64,000 bases of DNA from an uncultured Thermoleophilaceae bacterium (GCA_963850205.1 CAWKKJ010000024.1:55837-119836), one strand, 5' to 3'. Positions 37,803-46,785 are shown, counted from the stretch's first letter. Notes: generated by a model from the letters alone, not told the origin. Numbers and translations are program-made.

Positions 37803-38198
37803 ATGCCGCCCACGCCCGCCTTCACCACCATCTTCCCGATCCTGACCACCGCGGACCTCGCGGGGGCGCTCGCGTTCTACCGCGACCTGCTCGGGGCGAC
37901 GGTGACCTACCAGTTCACCGGCCCCGACGGCGAGCCGGGCTACGTCGGCCTCGAGCTCGGGGACGCTCATCTCGGGATCGGGCGCGACCCGGATGCGGAG
38001 GCCGGGCCGACCCCGCGCTTCAGCCTGTGGGTCTACACCGACGACTGCGACGCGGCCGTCGACCGCCTGCGCCAGGCGGGGGTGACCGTCCTCGAGGAGC
38101 CGGCCGACCAGCCCTGGGGCGAGCGCGTCGCGCGGGTCACCGACCCGGACGGGAACACGGTGATCGTCGGTCAGCCGGCGGCGGACCAGCCGGGCTAG
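37803..38198 (+). CDS. VOC (glyoxalase/bleomycin-resistance) family protein
   Basis: ORF 37779..38198 trimmed to ATG 37803. Typical VOC pattern (FPILTTADLAGALAFYRDLLG ... VTDPDGNTVIV). Confidence 0.8.
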   Translation: MPPTPAFTTIFPILTTADLAGALAFYRDLLGATVTYQFTGPDGEPGYVGLELGDAHLGIGRDPDAEAGPTPRFSLWVYTDDCDAAVDRLRQAGVTVLEEPADQPWGERVARVTDPDGNTVIVGQPAADQPG

Positions 38199-38230
38199 TG
38201 CGCGCCGCACCTGGGCCCCCTGCTGAAATC

Positions 38231-38323
38231 GTCGCGACGTTATTGCGGCCCTACGGCCGAAACGTCACGATCGTGCGGCCACGCTGGTTGGTTGCGACGT
38301 TATTGCCGCCCTAGCGGCAAGCG
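38231..38323. repeat. Two 27-33-bp direct repeats at a 60-bp period in a convergent intergenic region
   Basis: gtcgcgacgttattgcggccctacggcc (from 38231) versus gttgcgacgttattgccgccctagcggc (from 38291), read directly. This is the AT-richer gap between the VOC gene and the DtxR-family gene. Confidence 0.6.
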
Positions 38324-38335
38324 AGCGCGAGCGGG

Positions 38336-39058
38336 CTAACGCCCGTAGCGCTCGCGGCCCAGCACCAGCTGGTCCGGTAGCGCCACCCGCGGCGGTGGCG
38401 AGGGGTCGGCCACCACGGAGACCGTCTCGGCCACGCTGCGGGTGACCGAGTGCTGCTCGTCGCCGGCGTCGAGCACCACCTCGTCGCCGGCCGCGACGCT
38501 CAGGGTGCCCTCCAGGCCCGGGTGGAGGCCGGTGTCCTTCAGGTAGTGGAGCAGGTCCTCGGCCTCGTTCTCGAAGCGGAGCACACGCACGTGCGCGCCC
38601 TCCTCGACGTCGGCCAGGGGCACGCCGAGCTCGCGCTCGCCCTCGAAGATGGGATGGCCATGGGGGCAGGTCTTGGCGTCGCCGATCGCCTTGAGCATGC
38701 GCTCCTCCACCACCGGGGACATCCAGTGCTCGAGGCGCTCGGCCTCCTCGTGGACCTGGTCCCAGGGGATGTCGAACACGTCGGTGAGAAAACGCTCGAT
38801 CAGACGGTGGCGGCGTACGATCTGGGTCGCCTGCTCGCGGCCCTCGTCGGTGAAGGACAGCGCCTTGTCGCTGCCGCGGGTGACGTAGCCGTCGGCCTCC
38901 AGGCGGCCGATCATCTCGTGCACCGTGGGGGGCGAGACCTGCATCGCGCGCGCCATGTTCGCGCCGGTGATGGGCAGGCCGGCCTCCTGCAGCCAGTACA
39001 TGATCTGCAGGTACTCCTCCTCGGCGACGGTGACCTCGGCGTGCGCCACGCCAGCCAT
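38336..39058 (-). CDS. DtxR/IdeR/MntR-family metal-dependent transcriptional regulator with C-terminal FeoA/SH3-like domain
   Basis: ORF 38336..39124 (-) trimmed to ATG 39058. HTH EEEYLQIMYWLQEAG...MARAMQVSPPTVHEMIGRLEADGYV, metal-site region RRHRLIERFL...HEEAERLEH, CPHGHPI. Confidence 0.85.
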   Translation of the reverse strand: MAGVAHAEVTVAEEEYLQIMYWLQEAGLPITGANMARAMQVSPPTVHEMIGRLEADGYVTRGSDKALSFTDEGREQATQIVRRHRLIERFLTDVFDIPWDQVHEEAERLEHWMSPVVEERMLKAIGDAKTCPHGHPIFEGERELGVPLADVEEGAHVRVLRFENEAEDLLHYLKDTGLHPGLEGTLSVAAGDEVVLDAGDEQHSVTRSVAETVSVVADPSPPPRVALPDQLVLGRERYGR

Positions 39059-39102
39059 CCTACCCGGGCCGCAAGGCCGCCCAATAGCATGGCGCCGCGC
39101 CA

Positions 39103-39840
39103 ATGGAGCTCGGACCGCAGACACGCGTGCTGGTGACCGGCGCCAGCCGCGGGATCGGCGCGGCCGTGGCCGACACGTTCGAGCGGCGCGGCTGCACGGT
39201 GGGCCGGGTCTCGCGCACGAGCGCTCTGAGCGCGGACGTGTCGGACGCGGGCTCGATCGCGCAAGCCGTCGATTCGTTCGGGCCGGTGGACGTGCTGGTG
39301 GCCAACGCGGGCATCGCCCACTACCTCCCCGTCAGCGAGATGCCGCTGGAGCTGGTGGAGGAGCTGACGCAGGTGAACTGGCTGGGCACGGTCAACAGCG
39401 TCCGGGCCGTCCTGCCCGGGATGCTCGAGCGCCGCCGCGGGCAGATCGTGATCGTCTCCTCCGGCGCCGGGCTGCGGGCGTTTCCCGGTGCGGCGGTCTA
39501 CGGCGCCACCAAGGCGGCTCAGCGCGGCTTTGCCGAAGCGCTCCGCCACGAGCTCCACGGCAGCGGCGTGTCGGTGACGGTGGTCTACCCCGGGCAGATC
39601 AGGTCCTCGCTGCACGACCACGAGAAGGAGCGCATGCCGGACTGGTACCGGCTCGACCGGGCCGCGGCTCCCGAGGGCCTGGCCAAGCGCGTGGTGAAGG
39701 GGGTGGAGAAGGACCGGCGGGAGGTCTTCTACCCGCCCAACGTGCGCCTGCTGCGCATCGTGCACGGCCTGCGCCCGCAGGCCGCCGACGCGCTGCTGCG
39801 CCGCATCATGGCGCCGAGCGCGGCGCCGCGGCGGGACTGA
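39103..39840 (+). CDS. Short-chain dehydrogenase/reductase (SDR)
   Basis: ORF 39103..39840. TGASRGIG, NAG, catalytic YGATK. Confidence 0.85.
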   Translation: MELGPQTRVLVTGASRGIGAAVADTFERRGCTVGRVSRTSALSADVSDAGSIAQAVDSFGPVDVLVANAGIAHYLPVSEMPLELVEELTQVNWLGTVNSVRAVLPGMLERRRGQIVIVSSGAGLRAFPGAAVYGATKAAQRGFAEALRHELHGSGVSVTVVYPGQIRSSLHDHEKERMPDWYRLDRAAAPEGLAKRVVKGVEKDRREVFYPPNVRLLRIVHGLRPQAADALLRRIMAPSAAPRRD

Positions 39841-40864
39841 GCGCCTCCAGCACCAGGTCGACCTCGGCCTCGGTGTTGTAGAGGTGCCAGGAGGTGCGCA
39901 GCAGGCCGGCGCGCGTCGCCGCCATCACGGGCAGGTCGCGCAGCCGCTCCTCGGCCTCCGGCAGCTCGACCGACACGATGGCCGAGTCCGAGGCCTCGAG
40001 CCCCAGCCCCGCCCGGAAGCGGTTGGCCAGGCCCAGGTCGTGTGCGTGGATGGCCTCCACGCCGACCTCCAGCAGGAGCTCGAGCGCAGGTGCGGTACCC
40101 ACCCAGGGAAACCAGGCCGGGCTCACGTCGAGGCGGCGGGAGTCGGAGGCCAGGCGCAGCGGGGGGCCGTAGTAGGAGTCGTGCGGGTCCTCCCCGGCGT
40201 ACCAGCCCGCCGCCTGCGGGGTCAGCCGCTCGAGCAGCTCCGGGGCGACCGTCATGAAGGCCGTGCCCCGGGGCGAGACCAGCCACTTGTAGGCCCCGCA
40301 CACCAGGGCGTCGAAGCGGCCGGCCTCCAGGGGCAGCCAGCCGCAGGCCTGGGTGGCGTCCACCAGGGTGAGGGTGCCGTGGTGGGCCGCCGCGGCCGCC
40401 ACCCCGTCGAGGTCCGCCACCTCGCCCGTGGCCGACTGCACGGCGCTGAAGGACACGAGGTCGGTGCTCGCGTCGATCGCCTCGGCCAGGCGCGCCACGG
40501 GCACGCACTCCACCTCCACCCCTCGCCCCTGGGCCATGAAGGGCCACAGCGCCGAGGTGAACTCGGGCTCGGTGGAGAGCACGCGGGCGCCGTCCGGCAG
40601 CGACGCGGCCACCAGGCCCACGAAGCTGGACACGTTGGCGCCCACGGCCACGCGCTCCACCGGCACGGCGCACAGCCGTGCGAACGACTCCCGGGCCGAT
40701 TCGGTGGTATCGCCCCAGCCCTCCCAGCTCGTTCGGCCGCCGCGCCAGTCGGCCAGCGCGGCCTGCAGCGCGTGCCAGGCCGGGCGTGGCGGCAGCCCGT
40801 AGCTGGCGGTGTTCAGGTAGGCCACCTCCGGGTCCCACAGCTCACGTGCCTGCTCGAGCCGCAC
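39806..40864 (-). CDS. Class V aminotransferase-fold PLP enzyme (cysteine desulfurase/selenocysteine lyase-like)
   Basis: ORF 39806..40864 (-). AYLNTASYG N-terminus, LVDATQACG, PLP-lysine context CGAYKWL. Confidence 0.8.
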   Translation of the reverse strand: MRLEQARELWDPEVAYLNTASYGLPPRPAWHALQAALADWRGGRTSWEGWGDTTESARESFARLCAVPVERVAVGANVSSFVGLVAASLPDGARVLSTEPEFTSALWPFMAQGRGVEVECVPVARLAEAIDASTDLVSFSAVQSATGEVADLDGVAAAAAHHGTLTLVDATQACGWLPLEAGRFDALVCGAYKWLVSPRGTAFMTVAPELLERLTPQAAGWYAGEDPHDSYYGPPLRLASDSRRLDVSPAWFPWVGTAPALELLLEVGVEAIHAHDLGLANRFRAGLGLEASDSAIVSVELPEAEERLRDLPVMAATRAGLLRTSWHLYNTEAEVDLVLEALSPAAAPRSAP

Positions 40865-40890
40865 GGCATGGACGCTAACGTGCCGCCCTC

Positions 40891-41850
40891 GTGACGCTTC
40901 CGCTCAAGCCGCCGCTGAAACCCCAGCTCGCCCGCTCGGCCAAGGCGCTGCCCGCGGGCGAGGGCTGGTGCTTCGAGCCCAAATGGGACGGCTTTCGCAC
41001 GATCGTCTTCCGCGACGGCGACGACGTGCACCTCCAGAGCCGCAACGGGCGGCCGATGAACCGCTACTTCCCCGACGTGGTGGAGCAGGTGCTCCAGCTG
41101 CCGGCGGAGCGCCTGGTGCTGGACGGCGAGATGGTGGTGATGGTCGACGGAGTCCAGGAGTTCGACCTGCTCTCCCAGCGCATTCACCCGGCCGCGTCGC
41201 GGGTGGAGATGCTGGCGAAGGAGACGCCCGCGCACCTGGTGGCCTTCGATCTGCTGGCCGACGGCGACGAGGTGCTGATGGAGCTGCCCTACACCGAGCG
41301 CCGGGAGCGCCTGGCGCCGCTGATCGCCGACCCGGTGGAGCTCACGCCGGTCACCGACTCTCCCGAGGGCGCCGGGGAATGGCTGGCCGGCACGGGCGAG
41401 GGCGTGATCGCCAAGCAGGCCGACGCGGCCTACCTGCCCGGCGAGCGCAAGGGCATGATGAAGATCAAGCGGGTGCGCACCGCGGACGCGGTGGTGGCCG
41501 CCTTCCGCTACGGCAAGGAGCCGAACACCGTCGGCTCGCTGATCCTCGGGATGTACGGCGACGACGGCGAGCTGCACATCGTGGGCCACACCTCGAGCTT
41601 CAAGGCCCAGCAGAAGCGGGACCTGATCGATCTGCTCGAGCCGTACCGCACCGGCGAGCGCGGCTCGGGCGAGCCCAGCCGCTGGAAGTCGGACGAGGAG
41701 CTGGTCTGGGAGGGCCTGCGCCCCGAGCTCGTGTGCGAGATCTCCTTCGACCACATCACCGGCCGGCGCATCCGCCACGGGTCGAAGTTCCTGCGCTGGC
41801 GCGAGGACAAGGACCCCACCGAATGCGACCTGGACCAGCTGCGCGACTGA
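40891..41850 (+). CDS. ligC: ATP-dependent DNA ligase (LigC-like, ligase-only)
   Basis: ORF 40891..41850 with a GTG start. Adenylation motif I EPKWDGFR and downstream nucleotidyltransferase/OB motifs (EGVIAK, MMKIKR). Confidence 0.85.
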   Translation: MTLPLKPPLKPQLARSAKALPAGEGWCFEPKWDGFRTIVFRDGDDVHLQSRNGRPMNRYFPDVVEQVLQLPAERLVLDGEMVVMVDGVQEFDLLSQRIHPAASRVEMLAKETPAHLVAFDLLADGDEVLMELPYTERRERLAPLIADPVELTPVTDSPEGAGEWLAGTGEGVIAKQADAAYLPGERKGMMKIKRVRTADAVVAAFRYGKEPNTVGSLILGMYGDDGELHIVGHTSSFKAQQKRDLIDLLEPYRTGERGSGEPSRWKSDEELVWEGLRPELVCEISFDHITGRRIRHGSKFLRWREDKDPTECDLDQLRD

Positions 41851-43369
41851 CGCTGGCCCTGCTCGCGCTGCTGGCCGTCGCCGCGCCGGCGGCGAGCGCG
41901 CAGGCGCCCTACGCCGTCCCGCCGGACAACCCGTACGTCAACACGCCGGGAGCGCGGGGAGAGGTCTTCGTGTACGGCATGCGCAACCCGTACCGCTGGT
42001 CGTTCGACCGCCAGACGGGTGACCTCTACGTCGGCGACGTGGGAGGCATCGAGGAGGAGGTCACATTCCTGCCCAGAGCCACCGCCTCCGGCGCGAACCT
42101 GGGCTGGAACTGCCTGTCGGGAGACGCCACCCAGACGGGCTGCGGTCTGACCCGCTACCAGCCCCCGGCCCACAGGTATCCGAGCAGCGGCGACGTGGTG
42201 ATCGGCGGCTACGTCTCGCGCGCGCCGTCGCTGCCCGCGTTCGCCGGGCGCTACCTCTACGCGCAGTTCGCCAGCGGCATCTACGACGCTGCGGCCCGAC
42301 GGCGAGCCTGGAGAACCCGGTCAAGCGATCCGACGCCTCGTCGATCTCCGGCTTCGGCGAGGACGGCCTCGGCAACCTGTACGCCACCTCGCTGAACGGC
42401 CCCGTGTACCGCCTCGGCCAGAGCGGCTCCTCGATCACCACCACCTCGATCGGCAACTTCGCCCAACCCGTGGCCGTCGCGGCCCCGCTCGGCGATCCCA
42501 ACCGCCTGTTCGTGGTCGAGAAGGCGGGCCGGGTGAGGCTGCGCTCGGGAGCCGAGTTCCTCGACCTGACCGGGCTGGTCAGCGACACCGGCGAGCAGGG
42601 CCTGCTGGCGCTTGCCGTCGCGCCCGACTACGCCGCCAGCGGCCGGGTGTTCGTCTTCTACACCGACAACGGCGGCGACCTGCAGCTGGACGAGTACCGG
42701 CGCACGAGCGCCAGCCCGGAGCGTTCCGCCCTCTCAACCCGCCGGCCGCTGCTGACCATCCAGCACGACCAGGCCGACAACCACAACGGCGGCCAGCTTC
42801 TGTTCGGCTCCGATCGCAGGCTCTACCTCTCCACCGGCGACGGCGGCACCCAGGGCGACCCGGAGGGCGACGCCCAGAACCTGGGCTCGCTGCTGGGGAA
42901 GATCCTGCGCCTCGACGTCGGCGTCGGGGCGGCCCCGCCTGTCGCTCCGGGCCCCGCCCCGGTGGCGGCCGGCGACACCCGTCGGCCCGGGCTCCGTATC
43001 CGCGTCACGCGGCGTCAGCGCGTGCTGCGCCGTCGCGGCGTCATCGCCTGGGCCCGCTGCAACGAGGCCTGCCGGATCGCCGGCACCGGCACGCTGCGGA
43101 TCGCCACGCGGCGCTATCGGCTGCGGCGCGCCACCCGCGGGGCCCGCCTGGGTAGCCAGGCCGCGCAGCTCACCCGGCCCACGCGGCTCAAGCTTCGCCT
43201 GACCCGCCGCAGCACGCGCGCCCTGCGCCGGGCCGTGCGCCGCGGGCGACGCCCGCTGGCCCGGATCCGGTTGAGCGCCACCGACACCGCCGGCAACCGC
43301 TCGCGTGTGCGAAGGGCGGTGGTGCGGGTGAAGGTGCGGCCCGTGCGGCGGCCGCGACGCCGCCGCTGA
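41823..43369 (+). CDS. Secreted PQQ-type glucose/sorbosone dehydrogenase (GSDH) beta-propeller in permuted block order, plus Arg-rich C-terminal module; needs one frame correction near 42295
   Basis: Frame 0 from ATG 41823 gives the signal peptide then PYAVPPDNPYV...GMRNPYRWSFD...GANLGWN. The reading frame changes between about 42285 and 42310. The second frame runs uninterrupted through ...SISGFGEDGLGNLYATSLNGPVYRL...FAQPVAVAAP...GEQGLLALAVAPDY...NHNGGQLLFGSDRRLYLSTGDGG...LLGKILRLDV to the stop at 43369. Total length 1547 nt = 3n-1. Confidence 0.65.
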
Positions 43370-43505
43370 AGCGGCACCCAAGGGGTGTGGACCCTTTTGA
43401 TGCTCGTATGCGGCATTAAATGGGCCCACGTCCGGTTTCGTAGTGCGCAGGCGCAGCGGGTAGCGCTCGGCCAGGGCGCCCACTTGTGGCCCGTTCGAGG
43501 TCTTT

Positions 43506-43540
43506 GGTTCCTTGGTGTCCATATAGGCCACTAAGGAACC
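43506..43540. other. 12-bp stem / 11-nt loop hairpin in an AT-richer convergent gap
   Basis: GGTTCCTTGGTG-tccatataggc-CACTAAGGAACC read directly (one G-U pair). It could be a bidirectional terminator or a remnant of something else. Confidence 0.35.
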
Positions 43541-43631
43541 ACGGTGCCGTCGAGATCGAGCGGCGGGCGGAAATCGCTCCACCCCGGGATCACCCCCCTC
43601 ACCCCGCAAGCCGTTACGCCTGGGCCACCCC

Positions 43632-44955
43632 CTACACCAGCTCCCCCAGCCGCCGCTCCAGAAAGGCCCGCTCCACCGGGTTCGTGACCAGCTCGATCGC
43701 CCTGCCGTAGGCCTCCGCGGCCTCGTCGTCGCGGCCCAGGCGACGCAGCAGGTCGGCCCGTGTGGCGTGGAGCAGGTGGTAGCGATCGAGCTCGCCCCGC
43801 CCGGTCAGGACCTCCACCAGCGCCAGCCCGCGCTCGGGCCCCTCGGCCTGCGCCACCGCCACGGCGCGGTTGAGCTCGATCACCGGGCTCCGGCTGCGGC
43901 GGGCCAGCAGCCCGTACAGCTCGGCCACGCGGCTCCAGTCGGTCGCGTCGGCCGTGTGCTCGGCCGCGATCGCGGCCTGCAGGCCGTAGGGGCCTTCGGC
44001 TCGAGCGCGCGCCGCCAGCGCCACTCCCTCGGCGATCTCGTCCCGGCGCCAGAGGGAGCGGTCCTGGTCCTCCATCAGCACCAGGGCCCCGTCGTCGTCG
44101 AGGCGCGCGTCGCGGCGCGAGTGATGGAGCAGCATGAGCGCCAGCAACCCGGTGGCCTCGCTCTCATCCGGCATGAGGCTCACCAGCAGCCCGGGCCAAC
44201 CGGATGGCCTCGTCGCAGAGCTCGCGGCGCACCAGGGTGTCGGCGCTCGTGGCCAGATAGCCCTCGTTGAAGATCAGGTACAGCACGGCGAGCACCGACC
44301 GCAGCCGGTCGGGGAGCTCGTGGTCCTCCGGGACCGTGTAGGGGATGCGGGCGTCGCGGATCTTGCGCTTGGCCCGCACGATGCGCTGCTGCATCGCGCT
44401 CTCGGCGGTCAGCAGCCCGCGCGCCACCTCGTGCGCCGAGAGGCCACCCAGCATGCGGAGGGTCAGCGCAACCTGGGCCTCGGGCGCGAGGGCCGGGTGG
44501 CAGCAGGTGAAGAACAGGCGCAGGCGGTCGTCCGGGATCGTGCTTGTCAACGGGTCCTCCGGCTCGCCCGGCATCAGCAGCTCCAGCTCCCGCAGCTTCT
44601 CCTGGTAACGGCGCTCGCGGCGCAGGCGGTCGATCGCGCGGTTACGAGCGGTGCGCACGATCCAGGCGCGCGGGTTGTCCGGCAGGCCGTCGCGCGGCCA
44701 GCGCTCCAGCGCGGTCACGAACGCCTCCTGCACCACGTCCTCGGCGAGGTCGAAGTCGCCGAGGATGCGGATGAGGGTCGCGACCGCCCACCCCGACTCG
44801 CGCCGGAACAGGCGGTCGACGACCTCCGCGGGCGCTCCTACGGCGTGGCCTCCGCGCCCGCCGAGCTGGTGTGCACCTCGGAGCCGACCGCCTCGTAGTC
44901 CATGACCGGACGCACCTCGACCGTCCCGCCCGGCATCGGGATCCTCTTCGCCCAC
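43632..44955 (-). pseudogene. ECF42-type sigma factor with C-terminal TPR-like extension, split by an apparent +1 frameshift (pseudogene or homopolymer error)
   Basis: ORF 44164..44955 (-) carries sigma regions 2 and 4 ([47 protein letters not shown]). ORF 43632..44183 (-) carries the extension (LLALMLLHHSRRDAR...QDRSLW...GPYGLQAAIAAEH...LNRAVAV...YHLLHATRADLL). The junction reads ...IRLAR|LLVSLMPDE once one G of GGG (plus-strand CCC 44190-44192) is removed. The true start is unclear: the only canonical in-frame start is ATG 44955, which overlaps yciI by 118 nt. Confidence 0.75.
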
Positions 44956-45239
44956 ACCAGAGCGTCGTCGAGGTCCCTGCAGTCGAGCAGGTAGTAGCCG
45001 CCGAGCTGCTCCTTGGTCTCCGCGAACGGCCCATCGGAGACGACGGGCTCTCCGTCCTGCGGGATCTGCACGGTCGTGGCCGTGGAGCTGGGCTGCAGTC
45101 CCTCACCACCCTGGTGCACGCCGGCATCGATCGCTGCCCGGGTGTACTGGTCCCAGGCCTGCATGCCCTGAGCCTGCTGCTCGGGCGTCATCTCGGCCAT
45201 GCGGTCCTCGTCACCGAAGAGCGTAAGCAGGTACTTCAT
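44838..45239 (-). CDS. YciI-like / DGPF-domain protein
   Basis: ORF 44838..45239 (-). [11 protein letters not shown]... and the [19 protein letters not shown] motif. Confidence 0.85.
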   Translation of the reverse strand: MKYLLTLFGDEDRMAEMTPEQQAQGMQAWDQYTRAAIDAGVHQGGEGLQPSSTATTVQIPQDGEPVVSDGPFAETKEQLGGYYLLDCRDLDDALVWAKRIPMPGGTVEVRPVMDYEAVGSEVHTSSAGAEATP

Positions 45240-45289
45240 GAGTCGAACCTCCCTGTCGGTGCGGCGCGTTTCGCCGCGTTCACCCTACT

Positions 45290-45316
45290 GACGAACGGCG
45301 AGCGCCCAGATCGACA
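45290..45316 (-). promoter_or_regulatory. Candidate ECF42-dependent promoter upstream of yciI-sigma
   Basis: On the minus strand: TGTCGA (45316-45311), a 17-nt spacer, then CGTC (45293-45290), about 50 nt upstream of the yciI ATG. This matches the ECF42 promoter signature as I recall it. Confidence 0.4.
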
Positions 45317-45328
45317 AGGATAGGCGCC

Positions 45329-45814
45329 ATGGCCGAACTGGAAGTGCGGCAAGCCGACGTGACCCGGCTCGAGGTCGACGCCATCGCCAACGCCGCCAAC
45401 ACCGAGCTGCGCCACGGCGGCGGGGTGGCGGGCGCCATCTCCCGCGCGGGCGGGCCGGAGGTACAGCGCGAGTCGGACGAGCGCGCCCCGATCGGGCTGG
45501 GCGAGGCGGTGGAGACCACGGCCGGGGACATGCCGGCCAGCTGGGTGATCCACGCCGCGACCATGGAGCTGGGCGGACCCACCTCGGCGGAGATCATCGA
45601 GCGCGCCACCGCGTCGACCCTGGCCAAGGCCGAGGAGCTCGGCTGCCGTTCGGTCGCCCTGGTGGCCTTCGGAACGGGCGTGGGGGGCTTCTCCACCGAC
45701 GAGGCGGCGCGGCTGATGGTGGGCGTCGCCCGCGATCACGAGGGCGGCCTCGAGCGCATCGTCTTCTGCGTGCACGGCGACGAGGCCGAGCGGGCCTTCG
45801 GCGAGGCGCTGTGA
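45329..45814 (+). CDS. Macro-domain protein (ADP-ribose / O-acetyl-ADP-ribose hydrolase-like)
   Basis: ORF 45329..45814. VDAIANAANTELRHGGGVAGAI and the phosphate-binding loop AFGTGVGGF. Confidence 0.85.
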   Translation: MAELEVRQADVTRLEVDAIANAANTELRHGGGVAGAISRAGGPEVQRESDERAPIGLGEAVETTAGDMPASWVIHAATMELGGPTSAEIIERATASTLAKAEELGCRSVALVAFGTGVGGFSTDEAARLMVGVARDHEGGLERIVFCVHGDEAERAFGEAL

Positions 45815-46785
45815 TGCCGAACCCGCCCGCCCCCGTGCTGGTGGCCCCCGACTCGTTCAAGGGCACCTTCTCGGCGGCCGAGGTAGCGGCGGCGATCGCC
45901 GCCGGGCTGCGGGCCGAGGGCCGCGAGGCTGACGAGCTGCCCGTGGCCGACGGCGGCGAGGGGACGATGGGCGTGCTGGTGGGGGTGCTGGGCGGCGAGG
46001 TGCGCACGCTCAGCGCCAGCGACCCCCTGGGCCGCCCCGTGGAGGCCGGCTACGCACTGCTTCCCGACGGCACCGCCGTGGTGGAGACCGCGCAGGCGAG
46101 CGGGCTCGGGCTCGTGGCCGAGGAGGAACGCGACGCCTGGGCGGCCTCCACCCGGGGCACAGGTGAGCTGATCGTCGCGGCGATCGAGGCGGGCGCCGAC
46201 AAGGTGATCGTGACCGTCGGCGGGTCGGCCACCAGCGACGGCGGGGCCGGCGCTCTCGAGGTCATGGCCGACGCCGGCGTGACCGCCGAGATCGACGTGC
46301 TCACCGACGTGCGCACCGTCTACGAGGACGCCGGCAGGGTGTTCGGTCCCCAGAAGGGCGCGCACCCGGCCATGGTGGAACGGCTCACCGAGCGCCTCCA
46401 CGAGCTGGCCTCCCGCTTCAAGCGCGACCCGCGCGGCGAGCCGATGACCGGGGCGGCCGGCGGCCTGTCCGGTGGGCTCTGGGCTGCGCACGGAGCCACC
46501 CTGCGCTCGGGCGCCGCCTACGTGCTCGACGCCATCGGCTTCGACGACCGCATGCGCGCCGCTCCCTTCGTGGTCACCGGCGAGGGTCGCCTGGACGACC
46601 AGACCCTGCAGGGCAAGATCGTCGGCGAGGTGGCCACCCGCTGCCGTCAGGGCGGCGTCACCTGCCACGCGGTGGTCGGCCAGAACGCTCTGGAGCCCTT
46701 CCAGGAGCGGATCATCGACCTGGCCTCGGTGACCGAGGCCGGCACGCTCGACGAGCTGGAGGCCGCCGGGCGCGCGCTGGTCTAG
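45811..46785 (+). CDS. glxK: Glycerate kinase
   Basis: ORF 45811..46785. VAPDSFKGT, ADGGEGT, GGSATSDGGAG, GEGRLDDQTLQGK. GTGA/ATG overlap with the macro-domain gene's stop. Confidence 0.85.
   Translation: MMPNPPAPVLVAPDSFKGTFSAAEVAAAIAAGLRAEGREADELPVADGGEGTMGVLVGVLGGEVRTLSASDPLGRPVEAGYALLPDGTAVVETAQASGLGLVAEEERDAWAASTRGTGELIVAAIEAGADKVIVTVGGSATSDGGAGALEVMADAGVTAEIDVLTDVRTVYEDAGRVFGPQKGAHPAMVERLTERLHELASRFKRDPRGEPMTGAAGGLSGGLWAAHGATLRSGAAYVLDAIGFDDRMRAAPFVVTGEGRLDDQTLQGKIVGEVATRCRQGGVTCHAVVGQNALEPFQERIIDLASVTEAGTLDELEAAGRALV

Noticed and set aside
38231-38323. Calling the two direct repeats a CRISPR array.
   Set aside because: There are only two imperfect units and one spacer, and no cas genes or leader are visible in the window. 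It is reported as a repeat with a check instead.
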